This document shows positions 19,045 to 28,558 of a DNA stretch of 64,000 bases, in pieces. A program made the translations under genes and the position numbers. This stretch comes from Planctomycetia bacterium. GTDB taxonomy: Bacteria > Planctomycetota > UBA8108 > SXIK01. Each line of letters opens with the position of its first letter. Position 1 is the first letter of the stretch. The notes below the pieces were generated by a model that saw only the letters and a program-made list of their open reading frames with translations, had not been told where the DNA came from and did not search any database. The DNA is taken from assembly GCA_005772855.1 (NCBI GenBank), contig SXIK01000196.1, positions 2,100 through 66,099 on the forward strand. The letters are read 5' to 3'.

Positions 19045-19641
19045 ATGAAACATCTGGAGAGCTTGGAAGCCGCCGAAGAGGCCAGGATGCTTGATGCCCA
19101 CGGGACAGCGGAGCAAATCAGGCGTGTCCTCTCGGGCGATTCTGCGGCTTTTCACGGTCTCGTGGAATCCCACGAGCGAGCCATTTTCGGCCTTTGTCGT
19201 CGTCTGCTTTTTGGTAACAACACGGAAGCCGAGGACCTCACGCAAGATACGTTTCTGCGGGCTTTTGAGAGTTTGGAGAGGCTGGAGGACCCGTTACGTT
19301 TCGCACCCTGGCTTTATCAGATCGCACGATCCCTTTGCCGCGATCGACGGCGCCGGCTCGATATCGAGAGCCGAGCCCTCGTCGAGCGGGGCGAGGTCTT
19401 GAGACGGTCTCTTCTCCCTCGAGGGGACGAGAGCGCGGAGTCCGAGTGCGTGCCATCGGCGCTGGAGGACTTGCCGCCAGAGGAACAAACGATCCTCGAC
19501 CTTCGCTACTTCCAGGGGCTTTCCTACGGGGAGATCGGGCAGAAGCTCTCGATGAGCTTTTCCCAGGTCGACCACTTGATCCGCAAGGCGAGAGCACGGC
19601 TCTCGCGGCGATACCTCGTGAGACAGCGTGTTGAGACCTAA
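19045..19641 (+). CDS. ECF-type RNA polymerase sigma-70 factor
   Basis: Sigma-70 region 2 (EDLTQDTFLRAFESL) and region 4 HTH (LRYFQGLSYGEIGQKLSMSFSQVDHLIRKARARL). ~198 aa. Confidence 0.8.
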   Translation: MKHLESLEAAEEARMLDAHGTAEQIRRVLSGDSAAFHGLVESHERAIFGLCRRLLFGNNTEAEDLTQDTFLRAFESLERLEDPLRFAPWLYQIARSLCRDRRRRLDIESRALVERGEVLRRSLLPRGDESAESECVPSALEDLPPEEQTILDLRYFQGLSYGEIGQKLSMSFSQVDHLIRKARARLSRRYLVRQRVET

Positions 19642-20629
19642 CTTTTCCCACCCCAAGTGCAAGATCATCGAACGAGACCTTGAGCTCTACGCCGAGGGCG
19701 AGCTCTTGGATGGCGCCAGGCGAGAGTTTGTTCGCCTTCATGTCACAGCCTGCCCTCTCTGCGGTGCGGCTCTTCGACGATACGATGATCTGACCTCGGC
19801 ATTTCTCTCGAGCTACGCACCGTCCTTCGATGAAAGCTCACGAGCCGACCAAATTCTGGTGCGAATTCAGTCCTTGCCACCTCCGACCCCGGGAGCGTTG
19901 CGCGGGAACTTCCCTGGTTGCGAGTACTCCCCGGCGGCGAGCCTACCTGCGGGTGCCGCAACTTTCGCCGGCCGGGGCTGGCGTCGCCTTGCCCTGGGGG
20001 CAATGGCCTGTGCCGCGGCCCTGGCCATCGCCGCATTTCTTGCTCTGGAAGTCCCGATCGGACCGGCTGGCCCTGGCGACTTCGAGGGGACTGGGGCACC
20101 TTCCCTCCTGGCTGCCTTGAGCTCTCGTCTGGAGCCAACGCAACAGGACGCGTCCGAGCGACGTTGGCTCCTCGATGAGTCCTTCGCGGACCTGGCCCGT
20201 GGGGTGGGGGGAGCCACGAACCGGCTGTTCCGAATGTACGACTTCGATCTGTTCGTTGGCGACTCCTCAAGGCCCAGGTCCGGTCGGTCCAACCCCGAGG
20301 AGCTTCCCGAAGCCGGCTGGGTGATCGAAGCGGCCCGGGGAACTGCAGGCCTGGCCCGAAACACACGCTATTACCTTGTGCCGGACGCGACGGAGGATGC
20401 CAGCGCCGCCATCGAGATCGACCCGGTCGCCTGCTATCGCTCGAGCCCGCTGCCTCCTGTGCCGGCCAGGCTGATTCAGGAAGGGCGGTTGCTTTACCGT
20501 GTCTATGCGGTGCCGAGCACGTCGCGGCTTGAACGACGCAACGAGCTCAACTACACCGACTCGTCACTTCAGTGGGTGCCGACGAAGCACCCTCGGAAGT
20601 GGATGGTGCCAGCCTTGTGGCAGCGCTGA
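19628..20629 (+). CDS. Zinc-binding (ZAS-type) anti-sigma factor with a single TM segment
   Basis: Overlaps the sigma gene by 14 nt. N-terminal HVTACPLC (H-x3-C-x2-C ZAS motif). TM helix LALGAMACAAALAIAAFLALEV. Proline-rich periplasmic portion. Confidence 0.6.
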   Translation: MLRPNFSHPKCKIIERDLELYAEGELLDGARREFVRLHVTACPLCGAALRRYDDLTSAFLSSYAPSFDESSRADQILVRIQSLPPPTPGALRGNFPGCEYSPAASLPAGAATFAGRGWRRLALGAMACAAALAIAAFLALEVPIGPAGPGDFEGTGAPSLLAALSSRLEPTQQDASERRWLLDESFADLARGVGGATNRLFRMYDFDLFVGDSSRPRSGRSNPEELPEAGWVIEAARGTAGLARNTRYYLVPDATEDASAAIEIDPVACYRSSPLPPVPARLIQEGRLLYRVYAVPSTSRLERRNELNYTDSSLQWVPTKHPRKWMVPALWQR

Positions 20630-20679
20630 GCACTGTCCGCCCCCTTACAAGCTCGATTCCAGAACAGGACTCCTACCTC

Positions 20680-21837
20680 CTACCCGGCGGCGGCCACAGC
20701 GCTCCTCGGGATCCAATCCGTCACTGGCTTTTGGACGTCGCTCTTGCTCGTCGAGCTCTGCACGCAATCAAGGATTCGGTGTGCGGCTGCCTCCCAGGTG
20801 AAGGCTTGCCCTCTTGCAATCCCGCTCTTGGCAAGTGACCGACGCAAATCGTCCGAGGAGAACAAGCGTTCGAGGCCCCGGGAGATCTCGAGGGCGCTCC
20901 CCTCTGCGAAATGAGCCGCGGCTTCGCCCCAAACCTCTTCCGCGGACGCCGTACGAGGCGCAAGCACGGGCACGCCGCTACGCATCGCCTCGGCTCCAAG
21001 GAGCCAGCTAGCGTCCGGGCGCGTTACATGGACGAACGCGGCTGCGGAGGCAATGAGTCGCTGTCGCGTAAACTCGTCGTCAAAACCCGTCGAAACGAAG
21101 CTCACTTCCTTCGCCAGACCGAGGCAAGCCGCTGCCTGGCGGAGCGCCAGCGGCGCACCCCCGAGGAAGACCAGATGAAGCCGTTTTCCAGACGCTCTCC
21201 GAAAAGAGCGAAACGCCTTGAGAATGCGCCAGACGGCGGCCAGGGACTCTGGCGGATCAGCGCTGTGAACGCCGCTCGCGAGCACATAATCGCCCTCGGG
21301 CAACTGGACGTGCTGGCTTTCGACCCTCAAGAGCCCGTGGACGCCCAGGCCCGGGGGGACCCAGCGGAGGTCCCATTCGCGGTGGGGTGTCTGCGCTGCG
21401 AGGGAATCCATCGCCGAGCGTGTGAGGGTCACGACGGTCGTGGCGCTTCTTTCGAGCGCCCGGGGGCGCTCTTCCAGGATGGTCGCTATTCGAATGGCCG
21501 GTGGCTCCCCCTGGCATGGACGCAAGCCCTTCTCCTCGACGCGTGGAAATCCGATCGGGGAGTAGAGAGCCCACGGCCCGGGGCTCCTGCGTGGTTGCGA
21601 CAGCCGATCTCGCGCATCACGACTCAGTGGTGCGAGGAATCGTTCGACACTCCCGAGCTCCCGCAAGGGCCAGCCTACAAACCGATAATCATGCTCGCGG
21701 CCGCTCTCGAGCAGGCTGCGGATCATGGCCCGGCCATAACTCTGGGCTTCTCTACAGCCTGCTCGATGGGCAGCGCCGAGACCGGATGCGTCGATCCAAA
21801 TTTCCATGGGGTTTCCTTCCGCATCCTTATCGGCCAC
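20680..21837 (-). CDS. Glycosyltransferase family 4 (GT-B, group 1)
   Basis: C-terminal GT1-type nucleotide-sugar binding region (RSGVPVLAPRTASAEEVWGEAAAHF...). Confidence 0.7.
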   Translation of the reverse strand: MADKDAEGNPMEIWIDASGLGAAHRAGCREAQSYGRAMIRSLLESGREHDYRFVGWPLRELGSVERFLAPLSRDARDRLSQPRRSPGPWALYSPIGFPRVEEKGLRPCQGEPPAIRIATILEERPRALERSATTVVTLTRSAMDSLAAQTPHREWDLRWVPPGLGVHGLLRVESQHVQLPEGDYVLASGVHSADPPESLAAVWRILKAFRSFRRASGKRLHLVFLGGAPLALRQAAACLGLAKEVSFVSTGFDDEFTRQRLIASAAAFVHVTRPDASWLLGAEAMRSGVPVLAPRTASAEEVWGEAAAHFAEGSALEISRGLERLFSSDDLRRSLAKSGIARGQAFTWEAAAHRILDCVQSSTSKSDVQKPVTDWIPRSAVAAAG

Positions 21838-21911
21838 GCAATGCGGGGACTTGAGAAAAACTAGTCCAAACTCTTGACGCTGGAAGGGTCGATCTCTACC
21901 CTCTGCGCAAC

Positions 21912-23825
21912 ATGCACAGTGCGCAAACCCTTTTCAGCGGGACCAACGTCTCTGCGTCGAGGGTCGAGAGGAGGCGGCCCCTGGCCAACCCAGGGCCCAG
22001 CCGGGGACGGCTCCGCCTTGGGATCTTCGTGGGAATCCTCCCCGTCCTTTTTTCCTGTGACCACGACAGCTCCCGCCGGGCACGAAGCAGCTTCAACAGG
22101 GCTCCTGTGGTGGAGCTCCGCGTGTCGGGCGAGAGGCGGGTGGGCTCCAAGATTACCCTCAATGGCCGATCGAGCCGGGATCCCGACGGCGATCCGCTCG
22201 GTATCGATTGGACCCTGGTGGATAAGCCACCCGCAAGCCAGCTTGGGGGGGAGGATTTGCTCCAGCCAGTTCCCGCTCTGGCCACGTTCATTCCGGACGC
22301 GTCTGGAGCTTACCTGGTGCGCCTCACCCTGAACGACGGTGAGGTCCAGGCGTCAGCTTCGGCGTTTGTGCTCATCTCCGAGGGCGGCATACCACCCCCC
22401 GGCGGGAACGGAGGGAGGACCGAGCTTGTTTGCCCGTCGGTGGGCGCGCTTCGTGGCGGAGAGGAGATCCGCTTTTTCGGTGGGCCTTTTCCCGAGGGGA
22501 CGCTCGTCAGGTTTGGCCAGGTGCTGGCGACGGAGGTGCGGATCACTGACGGGGGCGCGGTCCTCGTTGCGACTTCTCCCAAAGTTGAGGCCCCCGGCGT
22601 CGTCGACGTGACAATTGAGATCTCGGGGGATCAAGCGATCCTCCTCAGGGAGGGGTTCACTTTCATTGAAGGGGAGATTAAGTTCCCGAGGAATCTGTCT
22701 CGCGACATCGAAGTCGAGCGTTCCCCGACCGCGTTGGTTTCCGTCGGGCCTGGCCGGATTCTATCGGGTTTGTCCAGGGGACGAGTGCAGCTCTTGTCGC
22801 TTGAGCCCGATGGCTCTGTGGCCAAGTCCGGGCTGCTACAGCTCACCGACGAGGGGCATCCGATCACGAATCTCTCCGCTTCGTCCGCTCGAGCAGATGG
22901 CTCCGTTGACATCGTGGTGGTGGGCGGCGCGGGTGCGAAGGTCCTTGTCGTGCGTTTTTTGAGTGGTGGCGGACTTCTGAGCTTTCCCCTGCCGTTCGAA
23001 GGCGAGGCCGTAAGCGCCGTGGCCCAGGATTTCGAGCGCGGCGGCGTTGCCGAGGTGGCCGTGGCGGACCGCGCTCACCAGAGGCTCGTTCTGTATCACT
23101 CCGTGGCCACGGGGACGGGTGAACGCTACTTGCCTTTCGGCGAGTATCCCCTGGGTGGGCAGCCCTGCGCGGTGACAGCGGGGCAGCTGGACGGAGACGA
23201 GGAGCTCGAAATCGTCGTGGGAAGTTTGCCGGGGCCAGAAATCACCATCATCGACCCGGGCCCGTCCGGGACTCGCGTCGTTGATGTGGACTCGCCCGAG
23301 ACGGACGGCGTTCTGACCTTGCGCGCAGGTGAATTCGGGTTGGCAGGTCGATCGAGCCTGGCGGCGATCGCACGTGACAGGGGTGGCAAGACCGCGTTGG
23401 TATTCCTTGATTTTGTGCCCGCCTTTGCGAAGGGTGCCGGGGTCACTGGACCTTCCGTCAACCTCGATCCACTGACGCGTTTCGAGGTCGAGGACGATGG
23501 TGCCAGCCTCGAGGCGGGTGATCTCGACTTGGATGGAGATACCGACGTCGCTCTTCACGACAGTTCGAGCGGCTCGGTGCGAATCCTCCGCAACACCCGC
23601 AATGGCGAGCCTGAAACTCCCGAGGAATGTGCGCGTGTTCTGGCGACGGGGTCGCGAGGTGACGTACCACGTTTTCGTGAGTTGATCGTGCCAGTCTTCG
23701 ACAGGCCGAGCATCCAGGCGTTGACTTTGGGCGACTGGAACGGGGATAGCCTTCCGGACCTTGCCGTCTCGCATGCGGAGGAGTTTCGTGGCCTTCGCAT
23801 CTTGACTCAGGGCACGGGGGAGTGA
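21912..23825 (+). CDS. Secreted lipoprotein with PKD/IPT-like domains and FG-GAP/VCBS (integrin-alpha-like) repeats
   Basis: Lipobox (ILPVLFSC). PKD-like segment GSKITLNGRSSRDPDGDPLGIDWTL. Repeated DxDGD/FG-GAP-like motifs (GDLDLDGDTDVAL, GDWNGDSLPDLAVS). Confidence 0.6.
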   Translation: MHSAQTLFSGTNVSASRVERRRPLANPGPSRGRLRLGIFVGILPVLFSCDHDSSRRARSSFNRAPVVELRVSGERRVGSKITLNGRSSRDPDGDPLGIDWTLVDKPPASQLGGEDLLQPVPALATFIPDASGAYLVRLTLNDGEVQASASAFVLISEGGIPPPGGNGGRTELVCPSVGALRGGEEIRFFGGPFPEGTLVRFGQVLATEVRITDGGAVLVATSPKVEAPGVVDVTIEISGDQAILLREGFTFIEGEIKFPRNLSRDIEVERSPTALVSVGPGRILSGLSRGRVQLLSLEPDGSVAKSGLLQLTDEGHPITNLSASSARADGSVDIVVVGGAGAKVLVVRFLSGGGLLSFPLPFEGEAVSAVAQDFERGGVAEVAVADRAHQRLVLYHSVATGTGERYLPFGEYPLGGQPCAVTAGQLDGDEELEIVVGSLPGPEITIIDPGPSGTRVVDVDSPETDGVLTLRAGEFGLAGRSSLAAIARDRGGKTALVFLDFVPAFAKGAGVTGPSVNLDPLTRFEVEDDGASLEAGDLDLDGDTDVALHDSSSGSVRILRNTRNGEPETPEECARVLATGSRGDVPRFRELIVPVFDRPSIQALTLGDWNGDSLPDLAVSHAEEFRGLRILTQGTGE

Positions 23826-23838
23826 AGGAATCCACCAC

Positions 23839-24657
23839 GTGAGCTCGACCGAGCGTCTGTCGGTGGTGGTGGCAGTGAAAAACGAAGCGCACCAGATCCG
23901 GGACTGTCTCGAAAGTCTGCGGTTTGCCGACGAGATCGTTGTTGTCGACATGCTCAGCACGGATGGCACGCTCGAGCTTGTCCGTGACCTTGCCGACAAG
24001 GTGATGGTGCATGATGGCGGCCCGCACCGGCTCATCCACGTCAACAAGAACCTGGGATTCGACGCGGCTACGGGGCCGTGGATCTTGAACCTCGACGCCG
24101 ACGAACGCCTCACGCCGGCCCTGCGCGATGAGATTCTCGGTGTGCTGCGGGGTCCAGATCCCGGGGTGGCGGCCTACGCGCTCCCATTCACGCACTACTT
24201 CTTTGGCAAGTATCTCCGCCACGGCGGCTTTCGCGGTAGCCTCGTGCGCCTCTTTCGCAAGGGCAAGCTCCGCTATCCCGCGGACCGGGCCCACTCGACG
24301 CCCCTCGTCGATGGCAAGATCGCCGAGCTCAAGGGCCTCGTTGTCCACTTCAACCACAGGCGAATTGCTGACTTCGTTGAAAAAATGAACCTCTATACGT
24401 CATCGGACGCAGCGCTCCTCGTTGAGCACGGACGCGGAGGCCTCAGAAATCGGCCCTTGCCTCGAAACCTCGGCGGGAAACTCTTTCAGGCGCCCATTGC
24501 CGTCTTCTGGAACCGGTACATCCGCCACGCAGGATTCCTTGACGGTGTTCATGGATTCGTTGCGGCGGTGTTGCTCGGTTTCTACCAGTTCGTTGAGTAC
24601 GCGAAGGTGTGGGAAAGAAAGAACGTGCCACCGAAGCGCGAGGAAGAGGCACGGTGA
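23839..24657 (+). CDS. Glycosyltransferase family 2 (LPS-core WaaE/KdtX-like)
   Basis: SVVVAVKNEAHQIRDCLESLRFADEIVVVDMLSTDGT N-terminal GT-A motif with DxD (LDADE). Confidence 0.75.
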   Translation: MSSTERLSVVVAVKNEAHQIRDCLESLRFADEIVVVDMLSTDGTLELVRDLADKVMVHDGGPHRLIHVNKNLGFDAATGPWILNLDADERLTPALRDEILGVLRGPDPGVAAYALPFTHYFFGKYLRHGGFRGSLVRLFRKGKLRYPADRAHSTPLVDGKIAELKGLVVHFNHRRIADFVEKMNLYTSSDAALLVEHGRGGLRNRPLPRNLGGKLFQAPIAVFWNRYIRHAGFLDGVHGFVAAVLLGFYQFVEYAKVWERKNVPPKREEEAR

Positions 24658-26585
24658 GTCCAGGCAAGCTGCACACATCATCGCAAGAGCCGTTGCTTGT
24701 GATCGCCACCGAATCGCGCTGGGCTCTCTATCGTAGTCTCCTCCGGCACTATTGGCCCAGGCTCGTCGCCATGATGGGGCTTGTGGTGCTCTATTCGGCC
24801 TTGACCTCCATTCGTCTCGCCGCCGCGGGGCTTGTCGATATCCTCGAGGCCAGGTTTGGCGCTGGCGGTGGGAGGTTGATCGATCGGCTCGAGAGGGCGC
24901 GGGTGTGGCTGTTCGGAGACGTGGGTGTTCCGCTGGCTGAGCGATTCCGGGCGGACGAAGCGTTCTTCTACAACTTTCTTCTCGCATCGATGGGTGCTTT
25001 TGTCGTCGTATCCCTGGTCATGGCCCTGGCCTTTTACTTCAAGGAGCTCATGGCCCAGGCGTTGATCTTGCGGATGGAAGTTGACGTTCGCCGCGCAGTC
25101 TTTTCCCACTTGTGCTCCCAATCGGTCGCCTACTTCAATCGACAGCGGTCCGGGGATGTCATCTCCCGGCTCACGAATGACATCAACGCGTTGAGGCAGT
25201 CCTTCAAGCTGTTCTTCGAGGACCTTGTCCAGCAACCCTTCTTGATCGTCGGTTCTCTTCTGATGGCCCTCGACGGTGCCCCCTGGCTCACACTGGCTTG
25301 TTTCCCCTTCTATGGACTTCTCATGTTGCCGGTGCTCCGATCGGGGAAAAAGATCATCAAGCACGGTCGGGGTCGTCTCGAGAAACTTGGGGTTCTCACG
25401 GAGTCCATCGGTCAACTCTTCAGTGGGATCCGCATCGTCAAAGCCTTTGGCATGGAACGGCGGGAAGAAGAAGAATTCGCTGCGAGAAATGAGGACTTCG
25501 TGCGGAGCACCCTGAAGATGAACCGCGCCAAGGTGAAATCACGCGCAGTTCAGGAGCTCCTTTACAACCTCGGCACGGCGCTGGCGGTCCTGGGAGGTCT
25601 GTGGCTTGTTGCTCGCGGCCTGGTGGACTCCGGAGGTTTTCTTCAGTTCCTGTTCGCGATGGTGCAGATCTACATGCCGTTGAAGGCCCTGTCGAACGCA
25701 TGGAACCAACTTCAGGAGTCCCGTGGTGCTGTCGACAGGACGCTCGAGGTCCTGCGCGAGAGCCCCATGATCAAGGACCACGAGGGCTCGCTGGAGTTTC
25801 CCGGCGTCAAGGAGAAGATTTGCTTCGAAGACATTGAGTTCTCCTACAGCCAGCTGGATCCCCGTTCGGTCAGCCATCAGGGCTCCGAGGACGTGCAACA
25901 TGTGTCCGTTCTCCACGACATTTCCTTTCAGGCGCAAGCCGGCCAAGTATTGGCCTTCGTGGGGCCGAGCGGCTCCGGCAAGTCCACCATCGTGGACCTG
26001 CTTGCTCGGTTCTACGATCCCCAGAAAGGCAGGATCCTCGTCGACGGCCGTGACATCCGGGACTACCAGTACTCCTCTTACCTGAGCTCGATCGCCATCG
26101 TCTCCCAGGACCCGTTTCTGTTCCACACCACGATCCGCGAGAATATCCGCCATGGCAAGGAAACGGCAACCGACTCCGAAATCGAGGAGGCCGCCAGGGT
26201 GGCCTTCGCACATGACTTTATACTGGAACAGCCGCAGGGCTACGACACGGTCATCGGGGAACGAGGCGTCATGCTCTCGGGCGGACAACGCCAGCGCATC
26301 ACGATCGCTCGGGCTGTGCTCAAGAACGCGCAGATCCTGATCCTCGACGAGGCGACTTCCGCTCTGGACAGTCAATCGGAGAAGGAAGTTCAGCGGGCGA
26401 TTGACAACCTGATCAAAGCGCGTACCACGTTTGTGGTTGCTCATCGATTGTCCACAGTCGTCCATGCCGATAAGATTCTTGTGCTGGAGAATGGGAGGAT
26501 CCTCGAGAGCGGCCGCCACGAGGAGCTCCTGAAAGCGGGAGGAAGTTACTCACAGCTTTGGCGCTCACAAAATCCGGAGAAATAG
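24609..26585 (+). CDS. ABC transporter permease/ATPase fusion, MsbA-like lipid/LPS exporter
   Basis: Six-TM domain followed by an NBD with Walker A (GPSGSGKST), ABC signature (LSGGQRQRITIARA) and Walker B (ILILDEAT). The exact start is uncertain (49-nt overlap with the upstream ORF; alternative GTG near 24655). Confidence 0.85.
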   Translation: MGKKERATEARGRGTVSPGKLHTSSQEPLLVIATESRWALYRSLLRHYWPRLVAMMGLVVLYSALTSIRLAAAGLVDILEARFGAGGGRLIDRLERARVWLFGDVGVPLAERFRADEAFFYNFLLASMGAFVVVSLVMALAFYFKELMAQALILRMEVDVRRAVFSHLCSQSVAYFNRQRSGDVISRLTNDINALRQSFKLFFEDLVQQPFLIVGSLLMALDGAPWLTLACFPFYGLLMLPVLRSGKKIIKHGRGRLEKLGVLTESIGQLFSGIRIVKAFGMERREEEEFAARNEDFVRSTLKMNRAKVKSRAVQELLYNLGTALAVLGGLWLVARGLVDSGGFLQFLFAMVQIYMPLKALSNAWNQLQESRGAVDRTLEVLRESPMIKDHEGSLEFPGVKEKICFEDIEFSYSQLDPRSVSHQGSEDVQHVSVLHDISFQAQAGQVLAFVGPSGSGKSTIVDLLARFYDPQKGRILVDGRDIRDYQYSSYLSSIAIVSQDPFLFHTTIRENIRHGKETATDSEIEEAARVAFAHDFILEQPQGYDTVIGERGVMLSGGQRQRITIARAVLKNAQILILDEATSALDSQSEKEVQRAIDNLIKARTTFVVAHRLSTVVHADKILVLENGRILESGRHEELLKAGGSYSQLWRSQNPEK

Positions 26586-26719
26586 TACCCAAACTAGTAC
26601 CTACATTCATGAGAGCGTTCCACCATGGGAGCCCTGCGGGCCCGCGGCCGTGCAGATGGTCGAAACCAGAAGAGTCCTTCACTGCTTCTTGCCAGAGCTC
26701 GTGAAACGGAGCCATTAAC

Positions 26720-27781
26720 GTGATTATGACTCTCGATGAGCACGAATTTGGGGCTTATACGAAGCTTGTGCCGTCCTTTCGCGGACGTAAGGTTGGGGTC
26801 ATTGGCGATCTCGTTGCGGACAGCTACGTCTATGGTGTTCCGGCCCGCCTGTCGCGCGAGGCGCCGGTCGTTATTCTTCGCCACGAACGCGAGGAGTTCT
26901 TTCCCGGCGGCGCCGCCAACACGGTTTCAAACCTCCTGGCGCTTGGCGCTGAGGTCTGTGTCTTCGCTCTGGTGGGAGACGATGCGCAGGGCACGAAGCT
27001 GCTCGAGCTCCTGGGATCCATGGGCGCGGACGTCTCGAGCGTGATCCGCTCGAGCGCCTGGCGCACGATCGCGAAGAGTCGCATCCTGGCGGGCGACTAT
27101 CATACGAAGAAGCAGCAGGTGCTTCGAATCGACCAGGAGCCGGGACGAGCCCCTTCACCCGAGGAGCGAAGGCAGGTTGAGCAGCGGATGCGAGAGGCTT
27201 CGAGCTTCGTGGATGCCTGGGTCGTCTCGGACTACGGATATCACCTCGCCACGGGCCCCAGCACGATTGAGATCGTGCGTAAGGAAGGCGCCAGGGGCAA
27301 GGTGGTCGTCGCCGATTCCCGTTATCGAGTTAGAGATTTCCAGGGCTTCACGTTGGTCACACCCAACGAGATGGAGCTCTTTTCCGCCTATGGAATCGAG
27401 CATATCCCCGTCGAAGGGGCGAGTGATAGCCTCGTGCTCGAGACCGGCCGGCGATTGCTTGAGGAATTGGGCTCGTCGAGCGCAGTGCTCGTCACGCGAG
27501 GCAACCGCGGCATGATGCTCTTCGAGCATGGATGCGAGCCGAAGCCGATCCCGATTTCGGGCACCCAGGATATTGTCGACGTCTCCGGCGCCGGAGACAC
27601 GGTCGTCTCGGCCATGACGCTATCCCTCGCAAGTCGCACGAGCCTTCTCTCGGCGGCGAGGCTCTCCAACATCGCCGCCGGCGTGAAGGTGATGAAACGC
27701 GGCACTGTTCCCGTCAGCTCGGTCGAGCTCTTGAGCGCCGCCGGCAAGTTGACTCAGGTCTCTGGCCCGGGCCGCAACTGA
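26720..27781 (+). CDS. hldA: D-glycero-beta-D-manno-heptose-7-phosphate kinase (HldE kinase-domain / RfaE domain I homologue, PfkB family)
   Basis: Collinear with the E. coli HldE N-terminal domain: VGVIGDLVADSYVYG, REAPVVIL, GGAANTVSNLLALGA, DVSGAGDTVVSAMTLSLA. No adenylyltransferase domain is present. Confidence 0.8.
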   Translation: MIMTLDEHEFGAYTKLVPSFRGRKVGVIGDLVADSYVYGVPARLSREAPVVILRHEREEFFPGGAANTVSNLLALGAEVCVFALVGDDAQGTKLLELLGSMGADVSSVIRSSAWRTIAKSRILAGDYHTKKQQVLRIDQEPGRAPSPEERRQVEQRMREASSFVDAWVVSDYGYHLATGPSTIEIVRKEGARGKVVVADSRYRVRDFQGFTLVTPNEMELFSAYGIEHIPVEGASDSLVLETGRRLLEELGSSSAVLVTRGNRGMMLFEHGCEPKPIPISGTQDIVDVSGAGDTVVSAMTLSLASRTSLLSAARLSNIAAGVKVMKRGTVPVSSVELLSAAGKLTQVSGPGRN

Positions 27782-28424
27782 CAGCCCGCGCAACAAGGCG
27801 GCGTGGCAATGCTGCGAGCACGGCCAGTACCTTGCTGCCATACTTGCGTACGCGTGCCTCGCCCATTCCCGGCATCTGTGCAAGCTCTGCGAGCGTGCTC
27901 GGTCGACTTGTCGCCAGCACGGCCAGGGTGGCGTTGGGAAAGATCCCGTGGGGGGCACGGCCCTCCTGGCGGGCGAGCTCGGCGCGTAGTGATCGCAATT
28001 GGTCCTCGACTTCGTGGTTCGAGCCGAGCCTGGGGCGAACGGGGAAGAGCCTTGCCAGCTCAAGGGGATCTGTCGAAAGGGACAAGCACTCTGTGAGATC
28101 GACGGAGAGTTTCTGCGATCCCCGGCCGCCGTGCGCGATGGTGAGGATTCCGTACTCAACGAGCGCGTCGAGGAATTCGTGGAGCCAGGTCGCCGTGACC
28201 GCCTCGAGCAGACCGTAGAGGTCCTTCAGGGCCGGTACGTCCAGCGGTCCGGGTGCCTGGCTTCCACGTAGAAAATTCACGAGCCTGCGGCGACTCACCG
28301 GGCCCTGCGGGGTGTCGCCGAGGAATTTGGCCGCGTCGACAAGGACGCGTAGAAGGGAGGCACGAAACAATTGCGAAGCGGGCACATTCTGTGCCCCCCA
28401 AGCAGTCGATGGATGGCGAGGCAT
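27714..28424 (-). CDS. Standalone RecQ-C-terminal-like (RQC winged helix + HRDC) domain protein
   Basis: HRDC-like C-terminus (FPNATLAVLATSRPSTLAELAQMPGMGEARVRKYGSKVLAVL) preceded by a wH-like region. No helicase core upstream. The 3' end converges with and overlaps the hldA stop by ~67 nt, so the exact end is uncertain. Confidence 0.45.
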   Translation of the reverse strand: MPRHPSTAWGAQNVPASQLFRASLLRVLVDAAKFLGDTPQGPVSRRRLVNFLRGSQAPGPLDVPALKDLYGLLEAVTATWLHEFLDALVEYGILTIAHGGRGSQKLSVDLTECLSLSTDPLELARLFPVRPRLGSNHEVEDQLRSLRAELARQEGRAPHGIFPNATLAVLATSRPSTLAELAQMPGMGEARVRKYGSKVLAVLAALPRRLVARAVSCGPGQRPESTCRRRSRARPS

Positions 28425-28558
28425 GGGGGAAACTTTCCGGCTCCGGAAGGGGTCTCGGGGTCGGTTTCAGGCAGGAAGGCGGAATGTACACGTGCGCCGG
28501 ACTGGGAGCAAGCAGCGAACCTGGGGGCGATCACGACACCGAGCGTGGGGATCGAGTG

